From the NCBI GenBank assembly GCA_043819795.1, contig JBDREN010000102.1, forward strand, positions 1-58,812: 58,812 bases of DNA. The letters are read 5' to 3'. The stretch's first letter is position 1. Each line of letters starts with the position of its first letter. This DNA is from Elusimicrobiota bacterium (GTDB taxonomy: Bacteria; Elusimicrobiota; Elusimicrobia; UBA1565). Under the pieces are notes generated by a model. The model had not been told where the DNA came from, searched no databases, and saw only the letters and a program-made list of their open reading frames with translations. This document shows positions 45,199 to 54,882 of the stretch, one piece after another. Both the position numbers and the translations under genes were made by a program.

Positions 45199-45297
45199 GA
45201 TTGGCGTCCCGTTCCTCGCATTCGTGGCGGCGATGGAGGGATACCCAGGACGCCCACGCCTGTTCGTCCCCGGAAATGTTATAGTCGGTTCTTACGC

Positions 45298-46530
45298 ATG
45301 AGGAGATTCTCAAGGATTCTCGTCCCGCTCGCGTGCCTGGCGTGCCTGGGCTCCTGCCGTTTCCCGGAGGACCCCGCTCTTTCGGCGAGGACCATCGTGA
45401 TATGGGAGCAGGAGGACGCGGCCGTGGCGCCCTTCATGGACTCGGTCTTCGAGGCCTTCCGGGCGCTTCCCGGCAACGCGGACGTCAAGGTCGTCAGGAC
45501 CCACTACAACACCGAGGACCTGCGCCAGCAGTTCTTGACGGCCTCGATCGCGGGCAGCCCGCCCGACCTCGTCATGGGTCCCTCCGACTCCGCGGGCGTC
45601 TATTCGGTGGCGGGCTTCATCCTGCCGGTGGACGGAACCTTCGGCCTGGAGAGATACAACAAGCCCGTGATCGAGGCGGTCACGCTCGACGGCAGGGTCT
45701 GGGGCGTGCCCACGAGCAACGGCAACCACCTGATGCTGTTTTATAACAAGAGGCTTTCTCCCGAGCCCCCGCGGACCACCGATGAGCTCCTCCGGTTCTG
45801 CGCGACGACCGCCAAGAAGCTGAAGCTTCGGCACTGCATGGCCTTCAACCTGGCCGAGCCATTCTGGCTCATGCCCTGGCTCGGGGCCTACGGCGGCTGG
45901 CCCATAGACAACAAGACCCCCACGCTCGACACCCAGGCCATGCGCGACGCCGTCGCTTTCGTCGTCGATCTGATCCACGGCAAGAAGTACGCGCCCATGG
46001 AGTGCGACTACAACTGCATGGACGCCCTGTTCAAGGAGGAGGAGGTGGCCTTCGTCATCAACGGGGACTGGGCCATCTCGTCGTATCAGGAGCGCTTCAA
46101 GGCAGACCTGGGCGCGGCCAAGATCCCGAGGCATTCCGGGACGGGTCTGTGGCCGACCCCCATGGTCAGCGGCAAGTACTTCATGCTGAGCTCGAAGCTG
46201 GAGGCGGAGAAGCTGGAGCTGGTGAAGAGTCTCGTCGAGTTCTACACCAACAGGGAGAACCAGATCGCCCAGGTGCGCGAGCTCATGAGGCTGCCTTCCT
46301 TGGCGGAGGCCGCGCGGGCGGGCGAGATCACCGGCGATCCCGTGTTGCGGGCGTCCATGGACCAGATACTGGCCGGCAAGCCCATGCCCATGGCCACGGA
46401 GATGCGGGCGGTATGGGACGCCATCAGGCCGCCTCTGGGCAAGGCGATCATACTGGAGCTGACCCCGGAGGAGGCCGCCCGCAAGATGCAGCGGGACGCC
46501 GCGGCCAAGATCGAGGAGATGAGGGATTGA
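45298..46530 (+). CDS. Maltose/maltodextrin-type ABC substrate-binding lipoprotein
   Basis: Lipobox-like LGSC, PDLV.GPSD, LFYNK, INGDW, PMP...EM..VW. Confidence 0.88.
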   Translation: MRRFSRILVPLACLACLGSCRFPEDPALSARTIVIWEQEDAAVAPFMDSVFEAFRALPGNADVKVVRTHYNTEDLRQQFLTASIAGSPPDLVMGPSDSAGVYSVAGFILPVDGTFGLERYNKPVIEAVTLDGRVWGVPTSNGNHLMLFYNKRLSPEPPRTTDELLRFCATTAKKLKLRHCMAFNLAEPFWLMPWLGAYGGWPIDNKTPTLDTQAMRDAVAFVVDLIHGKKYAPMECDYNCMDALFKEEEVAFVINGDWAISSYQERFKADLGAAKIPRHSGTGLWPTPMVSGKYFMLSSKLEAEKLELVKSLVEFYTNRENQIAQVRELMRLPSLAEAARAGEITGDPVLRASMDQILAGKPMPMATEMRAVWDAIRPPLGKAIILELTPEEAARKMQRDAAAKIEEMRD

Positions 46531-47723
46531 TGGGCGCGATCCTCCAAGTCCTCCAGTTCGTGGTCCTGATCGCGGCGTTCGTGGCCGTGATCGAGGCCTA
46601 CCTCTACATCCATTTCACGCACTACGATAGGAGATGGTTCCTCCCGGCCGTGATCCTGGGGGTGCCGGCCGCGGGCCTGGTCGCCGCGGCCTTGGCCTGC
46701 CCGGACCTCGATCCGGGCAAGGCCTTCTCGCTCGCCGCGGCGCTCGCGGCCGCCGAAACGGTGGTCGCCCTTCTTTTCAGGGACGTCGTCAGGGGCAGGT
46801 TCTCCTTGCCGTACATGCTCCTCGCGCCGGGCCTGATTGGGCTGCTTTTGCTCATCGCCTATCCCCTGGCCTTCGAGGTCTATCTCGCTTTCCACGACCT
46901 GAAGCTGACGACGGTCATGGAGTGGAGCCGGACGGGCGAGCTGCCCTTCGTGGGCCTCAAGCAGTTCGGCAAGGTCTTCACGTCCTCGCCGCTCTCCGAC
47001 GTGAGCTTCTGGCAGCTGGTGCTCAGGACGGTGTGGTGGACCTTCCTGAACGTCGCCTTCCACGTGGCGGGGGGCTTCGCCCTGGCCCTGCTTCTGCATA
47101 ACAGCGTCAGGTTCCGGGGCATCTACCGCACGCTCCTCGTCGTGCCCTGGGCGATGCCGCAGGTCGTGGCGGTCCTGGCTCTGCGCGGGGAGTTCCACTC
47201 GCAGTACGGCTTCGTCAACATCATGATCCAGAGGCTAGTGGACTGGATGCCCTGGCTGGGGAAGCTGGGGCTCGGACCCGTGCAGTGGCTGAGCCTTCAT
47301 CCCTTCCTCACGTGCACCCTCATCAACGTGTGGCTCGGCATCCCTTTCATGATGGTCATCATCCTGGGGGGGCTGCAGTCCATTTCCCGGCACTACTACG
47401 ACGCGGCGGCCATAGACGGGGCTTCGGCCTTCCAGCAGTTCCGGAACATCACCCTGCCCCTCATGAAGCCGGTCCTGGCCCCGGCCGTCACTTTGGGCAG
47501 CATCTGGACGTTCAACAACATCAACGTGATCTATCTCGTGACGGGGCAGGCGGGAGGGACCGAGGACGCGGACATCCTCGTGTCCGCCCTTTACAAGGCC
47601 GCCTTCACGTACTACCGCTACAGCTACAGCGCGGCCTTCGCGATCGTCATCTTCGTGATCCTTTTCGTCTTCTCGATGCTCTGGCTGAGATACTCCAAGG
47701 GCTCGGAGTCCGTCTATGGCTGA
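46530..47723 (+). CDS. Sugar ABC permease (MalF-like)
   Basis: Start overlaps the upstream stop (TGATG); PWAMP, WLGIPFMM, YDAAAIDGAS..QQFRNITLP. Confidence 0.9.
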   Translation: MGAILQVLQFVVLIAAFVAVIEAYLYIHFTHYDRRWFLPAVILGVPAAGLVAAALACPDLDPGKAFSLAAALAAAETVVALLFRDVVRGRFSLPYMLLAPGLIGLLLLIAYPLAFEVYLAFHDLKLTTVMEWSRTGELPFVGLKQFGKVFTSSPLSDVSFWQLVLRTVWWTFLNVAFHVAGGFALALLLHNSVRFRGIYRTLLVVPWAMPQVVAVLALRGEFHSQYGFVNIMIQRLVDWMPWLGKLGLGPVQWLSLHPFLTCTLINVWLGIPFMMVIILGGLQSISRHYYDAAAIDGASAFQQFRNITLPLMKPVLAPAVTLGSIWTFNNINVIYLVTGQAGGTEDADILVSALYKAAFTYYRYSYSAAFAIVIFVILFVFSMLWLRYSKGSESVYG

Positions 47724-48633
47724 GCGGTCTCGGACCGACGCGCCGGATCCCGCCGGCGGCTCGGGCGACCTCGAGCGCAGCCTCGCCGCTATGAGGGCCC
47801 ACCGGGCCAGGCAAAGGGTGAAGGCCGTGCTCACCCACCTCGGTCTCGTCGCCTTCTGCGTGGTGTGCCTCTACCCCCTGCTGAGGATCCTGGCTGTGTC
47901 GCTCCGGCCCGGGGACCGTATCATCTCGACCGACCTGGCGCTCATACCCGCGGGGGCGAGCTTCGCCTCCTACTTGCGGGTTTTCAACGACACCAACTTC
48001 CTGCTTTGGCTGTGGAACTCCCTGGTCATCACCGGCACGACCTCGCTGATCGGCGTGTGTCTGGCGTCCACCGCCGGCTACGCCTTCTCCAGGTTCAAGT
48101 TCCCCGGGAGCAAGGTGGGGCTGACGCTGCTTCTGGGCACCCAGATGATCCCGGCGGCCATGCTGCTTCTTCCGCTCTTCCTCATGATCATGAAGCTGGG
48201 CCTGGCCAACACGTACCTGGGCATCGTGATCGCCTACTCGGTGAGCTCGCTGCCTTTCAGCATCTGGATCCTCAAGGGCTACTACGACACGATCCCGAGG
48301 TCTCTCGAGGAGGCGGCGCTGGTGGACGGCACCTCACGGTTCGGAGCCTTCTACCGGATCGTCCTGCCCCTCTCGACGCCCGCCCTGTCCATCGCGTTCT
48401 TGTTCAACTTCACGCAGGCGTGGAACGAGTACCTCGTGGCGAGGGTCGTGCTGACCGATTCCCATAAGTACACATGGACCCTGGGCCTCTTCGAGCTGCA
48501 GGGCCAGTACCTTACCCAGTGGGGGATGTTCGCCGCCGCCTCCCTGATGGTGACGGTCCCGGTCCTGATGGTCTTCCTGTATTCCTCGAAATGGCTCATC
48601 TCGGGCTTGACCTTAGGCGGAGTGAAAGGATAA
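47716..48633 (+). CDS. Sugar ABC permease (MalG-like)
   Basis: [25 protein letters not shown]. Confidence 0.9.
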   Translation: MAERSRTDAPDPAGGSGDLERSLAAMRAHRARQRVKAVLTHLGLVAFCVVCLYPLLRILAVSLRPGDRIISTDLALIPAGASFASYLRVFNDTNFLLWLWNSLVITGTTSLIGVCLASTAGYAFSRFKFPGSKVGLTLLLGTQMIPAAMLLLPLFLMIMKLGLANTYLGIVIAYSVSSLPFSIWILKGYYDTIPRSLEEAALVDGTSRFGAFYRIVLPLSTPALSIAFLFNFTQAWNEYLVARVVLTDSHKYTWTLGLFELQGQYLTQWGMFAAASLMVTVPVLMVFLYSSKWLISGLTLGGVKG

Positions 48634-48635
48634 TC

Positions 48636-49730
48636 ATGGCTTCCGTGACCCTGAGCAACATCAACAAGACCTTCGACAAGACCGCGGTCCTGCACGACGT
48701 GAGCCTCGACATCGCGAGCCGGGAGTTCCTGGTGCTGGTGGGCCCCTCGGGCTGCGGCAAGAGCACGCTCCTGCGCATGGTGGCGGGCCTGGAGGAGACC
48801 ACCGAGGGGCGGATCCTCATCGACGGCGGGATCGTCAACCACCTGCCTCCCCGCAGCCGCGAGATCGCCATGGTCTTCCAGGACTACGCGCTCTATCCGC
48901 ACATGACGGTCGAGGAGAACATGAGCTTCGGGCTCAGGCTGCGGAGGCTGCCCAAGGGCGAGATCGCCGAGAGGGTGCGGGAGGCGGCGGAGATCCTTCA
49001 GATCCAGGCGCTCCTCGAGCGCACGCCCAAGCAGCTCTCCGGGGGGCAGCGCCAGCGGGTGGCCATCGGAAGGGCCCTCGTGCGCAAGCCCAAGGTATTC
49101 CTCTTCGACGAGCCCTTGAGCAACCTGGACGCCAAGCTCCGCGAGGAGATGCGCGTCGAGATCGCCAAGCTGCACCAGAGGCTGAACGCCACGATCATCT
49201 ACGTCACGCACGACCAGATCGAGGCCATGACGCTGGCCACGAGGATCGCGGTCATCAACGCCGGCTACATCCAGCAGGTGGGGACTCCTGAGGAGGTCTT
49301 CAATAGGCCGGAGAACGTCTTCGTGGCCGGCTTCATCGGGAGCCCGACCATGAACTTCTTCGACGGCGACCTCCATGAGAACGGACGGGGCCTACGCTTC
49401 AAGAACGAGGCCATGGACGTGCCGGTGCCCCCGGGGCTGGCCGGGAAGGGCCGGGCGTCGCGCGGCGGCGTCGTCTTAGGCGTCAGGCCGGAGAGCGTCC
49501 AGCCCGCGGAGGCCGGCGCCGGAAAGGAGGGCGGGATCGCGGCCGAGGTGGAGGTGGTGGAGCTTCTCGGACAGAGGAAGCACGCGCACCTCAGGGCCGG
49601 GGGCAAGCGCCTGCTCGCCAGCGTGGACGCCTCGTTCGGCGCCAAGCCCGGCGACAAGGTCTCCGTCGGGTTCGATCCGCGCGGAATCCACCTCTTCGAC
49701 AAAGAAGGGGGTCAGGCGTTGACTTGTTGA
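48636..49730 (+). CDS. Sugar ABC ATP-binding protein (MalK/UgpC-like)
   Basis: [42 protein letters not shown]. Confidence 0.92.
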   Translation: MASVTLSNINKTFDKTAVLHDVSLDIASREFLVLVGPSGCGKSTLLRMVAGLEETTEGRILIDGGIVNHLPPRSREIAMVFQDYALYPHMTVEENMSFGLRLRRLPKGEIAERVREAAEILQIQALLERTPKQLSGGQRQRVAIGRALVRKPKVFLFDEPLSNLDAKLREEMRVEIAKLHQRLNATIIYVTHDQIEAMTLATRIAVINAGYIQQVGTPEEVFNRPENVFVAGFIGSPTMNFFDGDLHENGRGLRFKNEAMDVPVPPGLAGKGRASRGGVVLGVRPESVQPAEAGAGKEGGIAAEVEVVELLGQRKHAHLRAGGKRLLASVDASFGAKPGDKVSVGFDPRGIHLFDKEGGQALTC

Positions 49731-50637
49731 CTTTGTTGACTTTTGTTGAGCGCGCGCGATACGACACTGGCCGAAATCCCCAGATATGCCGCGATTTGCC
49801 GAATCCCACAGCCGGAAAGAAACGCGCGACGCGCGAAATCCCTTCGCGCGCGAGAAACCCATCTCGGACGACCTCGTCCGCGAAGGAGCTCCGGGGGGAT
49901 TTCGGCTTCTTGAAAGAATCCGGCAGCCACTTGTTCGATTGGGAGCGGGTCTGGATGGGGGGGCGTCTTTGGGGGCGGATCATCCGAGGTTTCGAAGTGA
50001 GGCGGGACTTCCCGCATGGCGGCCGGGTCTTTGATGCCGTCGATTACGAACTTCGCATACAGGATTGTCCCCGCGCCCGAGTCGGTCGAAAAGACGCTTA
50101 TGGGCCAAGCTCGATCGATCAATCTTCGCCGCGCCTGGCCAATATAGTCCAAATGTCCTGACCATGGCCAATCCTCGGGACGATGGACGATCCCGGCCTT
50201 GACGGGATTGAGATGGATGTAGCGCAATAGATGCTTGAAGTACCGGTCTTCCTGGCAGAGGATCGCTTTATAGCGTCCCTGAAAGACGTGGCCGATCCGG
50301 TTGCGCGGCACGTTGTAGCGCAGCGCCCACGTAGTCAGAAGCCGATGCATTATTCGCTGGAGCGGTATATCCCCTATTCGCACGAGCAGATGGAAGTGAT
50401 TGCTCATGAGACAGTAGGCATAGAGCTCAAAGGGGAGGCTTTCTTTGACCTGGCCAAGGAGGTCCCGGAGACCCTCCCACTCCTTTCGGGCGGCGAGGAT
50501 GTGTTGCCCGGCGTTCCCGCGAGCGATTACGTGAAAGATAGCCCCGGGAAAGTGGATTCTCGGTTGGCGTGGCATACCCATTGTTACGAGCGTCGGCCAA
50601 AAAAGTTCCATAAGTCAACAAGTCAACGCCTGACCCC
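49708..50637. mobile_element. 930-bp element: RAYT/Y1 transposase bounded by perfect 26-bp inverted repeats
   Basis: GGGGTCAGGCGTTGACTTGTTGACTT (49708-49733) and its exact reverse complement (50612-50637). Confidence 0.8.
49712..50581 (-). CDS. REP-associated tyrosine transposase-like HUH nuclease (Y1_Tnp) with C-terminal HTH
   Basis: [18 protein letters not shown] (HUH), [25 protein letters not shown]-terminal [19 protein letters not shown]. Confidence 0.9.
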   Translation of the reverse strand: MGMPRQPRIHFPGAIFHVIARGNAGQHILAARKEWEGLRDLLGQVKESLPFELYAYCLMSNHFHLLVRIGDIPLQRIMHRLLTTWALRYNVPRNRIGHVFQGRYKAILCQEDRYFKHLLRYIHLNPVKAGIVHRPEDWPWSGHLDYIGQARRRLIDRAWPISVFSTDSGAGTILYAKFVIDGIKDPAAMREVPPHFETSDDPPPKTPPHPDPLPIEQVAAGFFQEAEIPPELLRGRGRPRWVSRARRDFARRAFLSGCGIRQIAAYLGISASVVSRALNKSQQSQQVNA

Positions 50638-50757
50638 TATCCTGACCTTCGGGTCTCGGTCGGGGGCTTGACGCGGCGCCGCGGTCCGTCCACACTATCT
50701 GTGGGTCGGGCCGAGTGAAGGGCGGCGGCCCGGCGAAGAGAGGTCATGGGGGGAAGG

Positions 50758-51177
50758 ATGGATAAGAGGATATCGGTCATCGTGCCGGTGGCGATCGTGG
50801 CGTTGGCCTTGGCCGCATCATGCGCCAAAGAGGCGAAGGAGCAGGCCTATGAGGAAGCGTCGAAGACGGCGCCGATCGTTGAACAGAAGGCCCCGGCTTC
50901 TATCGAGAAGGAGGCCGCGCCGGTCCCCGAGGAGAAGATCGCGCCGGCCGCCGAACGTGAGCTCGCACCGACTGTCGAGGGAAAGATCCAGGCGCTTGAC
51001 GGCAAGGACTTGGCGGAGCGGCGCTGCACCGTCTGCCACAATACGGATCGAATCTACCGAAGCCGCCGCGGCCAAGCCGAGTGGGGTCAGGTGGTCGGCC
51101 GCATGATCGGCAAGGGAGCGAAGCTCGACGCGGAGGAGCGCCGGGCCGTCATCGGATATCTATCCAGCCGTTATTGA
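50758..51177 (+). CDS. Monoheme c-type cytochrome lipoprotein
   Basis: Lipobox LAASC; CTVCH heme motif; W..VVGRM axial Met. Confidence 0.85.
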   Translation: MDKRISVIVPVAIVALALAASCAKEAKEQAYEEASKTAPIVEQKAPASIEKEAAPVPEEKIAPAAERELAPTVEGKIQALDGKDLAERRCTVCHNTDRIYRSRRGQAEWGQVVGRMIGKGAKLDAEERRAVIGYLSSRY

Positions 51178-51243
51178 CCCAGGCATATCTAATGTCCGCC
51201 TGTGTCCCCGTCGGCGGAGGGGCGGACATTACTTGCGCTGGGC

Positions 51244-51864
51244 TCAATAGCTCGGGCGAAAAGCCTTGAGCAGCTCCTCGGCGCCGACCACGTGGGCGAA
51301 GCCGAAGGCCAGGTTGCGCAGCGCGGCCAGATGGAGCTCCTCGGAGGCGGTGGCCGTCGCGTCGGCCACGAAGAATACCCGGTAGTCGCGCACGAAGGCC
51401 TCGCGGGCCGTGGTCTCGCAGCAGAGGTTTGTCATGACGCCGGCCACGATCAGGTCGGATATCCCCAGTGAGCGCAGCGTCGCGTCCAGCTTCGTCCCGA
51501 AGAAGGCGTTGTAGCGGCGTTTCCCGATCACTTTCTCGCCGGGACGGGGGGCGATCTCGCTGATGAATTCCGCCTCCGGGCCTCGCTCCAGGATCAGCTC
51601 GTCCCACCATTCCTTGAGCATCCCGCCGTCTTTGACGGGGTCCTTGTGTCCGTGCCGGGTGTAAAGGACCGGGATGCCCGCATCGCGGCAGCCCTCGATC
51701 AGGCGGGCCGCGTTGGCTAGGATGCCGGCGGCCATCGACGCGAAATAGCGCTGCATATCTATGACGAGAAGCGCGGTGGAGCCTCTGCGTGGCACCGCCG
51801 CGGGACGGCGGTAGGGCGCGACAGCTTGCCGCCACGCCGCGTTTCCTTTATCGGGTCGGGTCAT
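51244..51864 (-). CDS. Isochorismatase-family cysteine hydrolase
   Basis: ALLVIDMQ, KRRYNAF, GVMTNLCCETTAR. Confidence 0.9.
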   Translation of the reverse strand: MTRPDKGNAAWRQAVAPYRRPAAVPRRGSTALLVIDMQRYFASMAAGILANAARLIEGCRDAGIPVLYTRHGHKDPVKDGGMLKEWWDELILERGPEAEFISEIAPRPGEKVIGKRRYNAFFGTKLDATLRSLGISDLIVAGVMTNLCCETTAREAFVRDYRVFFVADATATASEELHLAALRNLAFGFAHVVGAEELLKAFRPSY

Positions 51865-52637
51865 GGGTCCTCCTCCGGCCTGGCGTAGCAGTAGAGGCAC
51901 TTTCCGCGGCACGTCTGCGAGTACCAGCCGACATCAAGGCTCTCGGCGCACCCGCAGAGCGGCCTTTGCCCGCGGGCTTTCGCGGTCGAACAAGGCTCGC
52001 GGTCGGGATGGAGCCGGGTCAGAAGCTCCCCATCGATGCAGCGGCTGGAGGGCAGGCCCGGCGCGCAGCAGAACCGCAGATCGAGGCCCAGGGACGCGGC
52101 GAGATCCCGGAGGCGGGCGGCCTGGGCGTCGCGATCGAAGTCCGCGGCCCGGATCCCGCGCGCGGCGAACCTTCGGACCACCTTCTTGTAGACCTCGACC
52201 CAGCTGACCGTAACGGTCCGTACGCCCATCCGCGCGGCGGCTCCGGCCACCTCTTCGAAGCTCTCAAGGTTGCGGACGCGGCGACCGCCGACCCGAAGGT
52301 TCACCACGGGATCGAAGCGCAGGTTGACCCGGCGGGGGTCTCCGGCCGACTCTATCACCCGCGGCAGCATCTTCAGGCTGTCCTCCGGGGACGGCACGCC
52401 GGGCTCGATCGGCGTGCCTCCGAGGCCTGTGATCGTGTAGTGGACGTAGATCTGGCGGAAGGCGCCGAGGGCGCGCCGCAAATCCTGGCGCTCGAGCAGG
52501 TTCCGGGGGTTTTTCGTCCATACCACGACCGTGTGTACCTGTTCGGGGGGATGGGCCTTCAGGGCCGCGATCAAATCGTCGGGATACCAGGCCGCCAGGT
52601 CCGTGCGGCGGCTGGCGGAGATCACCCTCTTGAGCAT
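51861..52637 (-). CDS. DUF1848-family protein
   Basis: ISASRRTD, WTKNP, RFDP, SRCID, QR.LCGC.ES.DVG.Y...C...CLYCYA. Confidence 0.85.
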   Translation of the reverse strand: MLKRVISASRRTDLAAWYPDDLIAALKAHPPEQVHTVVVWTKNPRNLLERQDLRRALGAFRQIYVHYTITGLGGTPIEPGVPSPEDSLKMLPRVIESAGDPRRVNLRFDPVVNLRVGGRRVRNLESFEEVAGAAARMGVRTVTVSWVEVYKKVVRRFAARGIRAADFDRDAQAARLRDLAASLGLDLRFCCAPGLPSSRCIDGELLTRLHPDREPCSTAKARGQRPLCGCAESLDVGWYSQTCRGKCLYCYARPEEDP

Positions 52638-52758
52638 GGCCTGCGCTGTTTTTCGGGAGCCGCCGTACGCCGATTGAGAATCATATCCTCTCCGCGGGAT
52701 GGGGCCCGGCAGGGGCCTCTCCGAAACCGCCGCCGGCCCGGCCCCGTCGGGCTCCGGC

Positions 52759-53763
52759 CTACATCTCCAGCACGGCCGCTCCCTGCACGGCGCCTTCCTT
52801 GAGCCGTGCGAGGGCGGCGGGCGCCTCCTCGAAGGGGACTCGCTCGATCTCCATGCGCAGCCGGCGCCGCCCGGCGAGCGCGAGGAAGTCCCTGACGTCG
52901 GCGCGGGTGCTGTTGGCCACGCTGACGAGCCTCCTTTCCCAGTAGAGCAGGGAATAGGGCATGCTCGGGATCGGGGTCATGGTGATCCCGGCCAGAGCGA
53001 GCGTCCCGCCCTTGCGCAGGTGGGGCATGGCCTTCGGGACGAGCGGGCCGGCGGGCGCGAACATGATGCTTCCGTCGAGAGGCTCGGGGGGGGAGTCGTC
53101 CGCGCTCTTGGCCCAGACCGCCCCGAGGCGTCTGGCGAGGCGCCGGTGCCCGGGGCTCCTCGAGAAGGCGTGGACGACGCAGCCGAGCTGCCGCGCGATC
53201 TGGAGCGTGACGTGCGCGGACGCGCCGAAGCCGTAGAGCCCCAGTCTGTAGCCGCGGCCGGAGGCGCCGGCCAGCGCCGTCCTGAGCGCGCGATAGCCGA
53301 TCACGCCCGCGCAGAGGAGCGGCGCCGCTTCCGCCGCGGGGTAGGCCGCGGGGATCCGGTAGGCGGCGTCCCGCGAGGCGATCATGTACTCCGCGTAGCC
53401 GCCGTGGACGTGGTAGCCGGTGAAGCGCGCCCGGGCGCAGAGGTTCTCGTCTCCCCGCCGGCAGTCCGCGCAGCGGCCGCAGACCGAATGGAGCCACGGG
53501 ACGCCCACCCGTTCCCCCACGCGCGGGCGCCGGACGCCCCGGCCCACGGCGTCCACGACGCCGACCACCTGGTGGCCGCAGACGATCCGTCGGCGCCGGG
53601 GGGGGAGGTCTCCCTCGATGATATGGAGGTCGGTATGGCAGAGCCCGCAGGCCTGCACGCGGATGCGCACCTGCCCGGGTCGCGGGGAGGGCCGGGGCAG
53701 CGTGACCAGCCGAAGGGGGCCGCGCGCGAGCGGCCCTGGGTGGCGCAGTATCCAGGCCCTCAT
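52759..53763 (-). CDS. Zinc-dependent alcohol dehydrogenase family protein
   Basis: CGLCHTDLH, GHQVVG, CG.C..C......LC, LCAG, GLYGFGASA. Confidence 0.92.
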   Translation of the reverse strand: MRAWILRHPGPLARGPLRLVTLPRPSPRPGQVRIRVQACGLCHTDLHIIEGDLPPRRRRIVCGHQVVGVVDAVGRGVRRPRVGERVGVPWLHSVCGRCADCRRGDENLCARARFTGYHVHGGYAEYMIASRDAAYRIPAAYPAAEAAPLLCAGVIGYRALRTALAGASGRGYRLGLYGFGASAHVTLQIARQLGCVVHAFSRSPGHRRLARRLGAVWAKSADDSPPEPLDGSIMFAPAGPLVPKAMPHLRKGGTLALAGITMTPIPSMPYSLLYWERRLVSVANSTRADVRDFLALAGRRRLRMEIERVPFEEAPAALARLKEGAVQGAAVLEM

Positions 53764-53794
53764 AGCGGGACGCGGCGCGAAATCGCCGGGCCGC

Positions 53795-54103
53795 TCATTT
53801 TCCGAGCTTGCGGCGCAGGCGTTTTTCGACGGAGGCCACCTTCCCCGCCAGGCGGCCGCGCGCGCCGCGGCGCCAGTCCGCTTTGATGCCGATCGAGATC
53901 CGGCCGCAGTCCTTTCGCATGCGCCGTTGGCATCGCTTGACGACCTCGAAGCATTCGTCCCACTCGCCTTCCAGGATCGTGCCCATGGCGGTGAGGCGGT
54001 AGGGCAGACCGCTCTTGTCCACGATATCGAGCGAACGCGCCACGTATTTGCCGACGCTTTCCCCCTTGCCCAATGGGGTCATGCTGAACTCCAATAGAAG
54101 CAT
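53795..54103 (-). CDS. MTH1187/YkoF-family thiamine-binding protein
   Basis: EFSMTPL.KGESV.KYVA, SGL.Y.L..MGT.LEGEW. Confidence 0.88.
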   Translation of the reverse strand: MLLLEFSMTPLGKGESVGKYVARSLDIVDKSGLPYRLTAMGTILEGEWDECFEVVKRCQRRMRKDCGRISIGIKADWRRGARGRLAGKVASVEKRLRRKLGK

Positions 54104-54275
54104 GGCGCACCTCCGCGGACGGTCCTTGGCACGAATACAACCCGGCACCTAATGATAGCCGGGATCGGCCATTCTCGCCAGCGGGGGCGCCGTTTCCCGC
54201 GGGAGCGGATTGTCGAGACGGATTTATGCCGCCTGTAATGTTGGTTTGTCACCCGCCCGATATGCTAGGTTCTGA

Positions 54276-54755
54276 ATGGCCATGACTCCGTTCAGGACAT
54301 CCTGCGGGAGGGGCGGCTTCACGCTCACCGAGTTGATGGCCGTGGTGACCGTCGTCGGCCTGCTGAGCGCCATCGCCGTCCCGAAGTATACCGACCTCGT
54401 CCGGAAATCGAGAGAGGGCTCCACCAAGGGCAACCTCGGCACGATCCGGTCCGCGATCAGGATCTATTACTCGGACAACGAGGGCCGGTATCCCACCGGC
54501 GATCTTTCCTCCTTGACCGAGGCCAGCAAGTACGTCGCCGAGTTCCCGCTGGCGGAGGCCGCCAACCACCATTCCAAGACCAGGACCGTCGAGAACAACG
54601 ACGTGTGGGGGCAGGCCGGCATGACGACGGCCGATTCCGGAGCATGGCTCTATTGGAACGATCAGTCCCTCGAGTTCTCGCACTACCGCTGGGGCGACTT
54701 CTGGATCGGCTGCACCCACACCGACACCCAGGCTCGCGTCTGGACCGCCTACTGA
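54276..54755 (+). CDS. Type IV pilin / pseudopilin-like protein
   Basis: GFTLTELMAVVTVVGLLSAIAVPK prepilin cleavage motif; KGNLG.IRSA..IYYSD. Confidence 0.88.
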   Translation: MAMTPFRTSCGRGGFTLTELMAVVTVVGLLSAIAVPKYTDLVRKSREGSTKGNLGTIRSAIRIYYSDNEGRYPTGDLSSLTEASKYVAEFPLAEAANHHSKTRTVENNDVWGQAGMTTADSGAWLYWNDQSLEFSHYRWGDFWIGCTHTDTQARVWTAY

Positions 54756-54882
54756 GGCATCCGGTCCTTCACCGTCAGCCTTCCCCGCGTCCCGGAACCC
54801 CCGTCCCGTCCTGATTGCCGCTGTCGGCAGGGCTTTGTAGAATAGCCCTCGACGTCCGATATCGCGGAAAACGGGGGGCGGC

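Noticed and set aside
46002..46529. N-terminal extension of the MalF-like ORF in the track
   Set aside because: It overlaps the binding-protein gene. The real start is the TGATG-coupled ATG at 46530.
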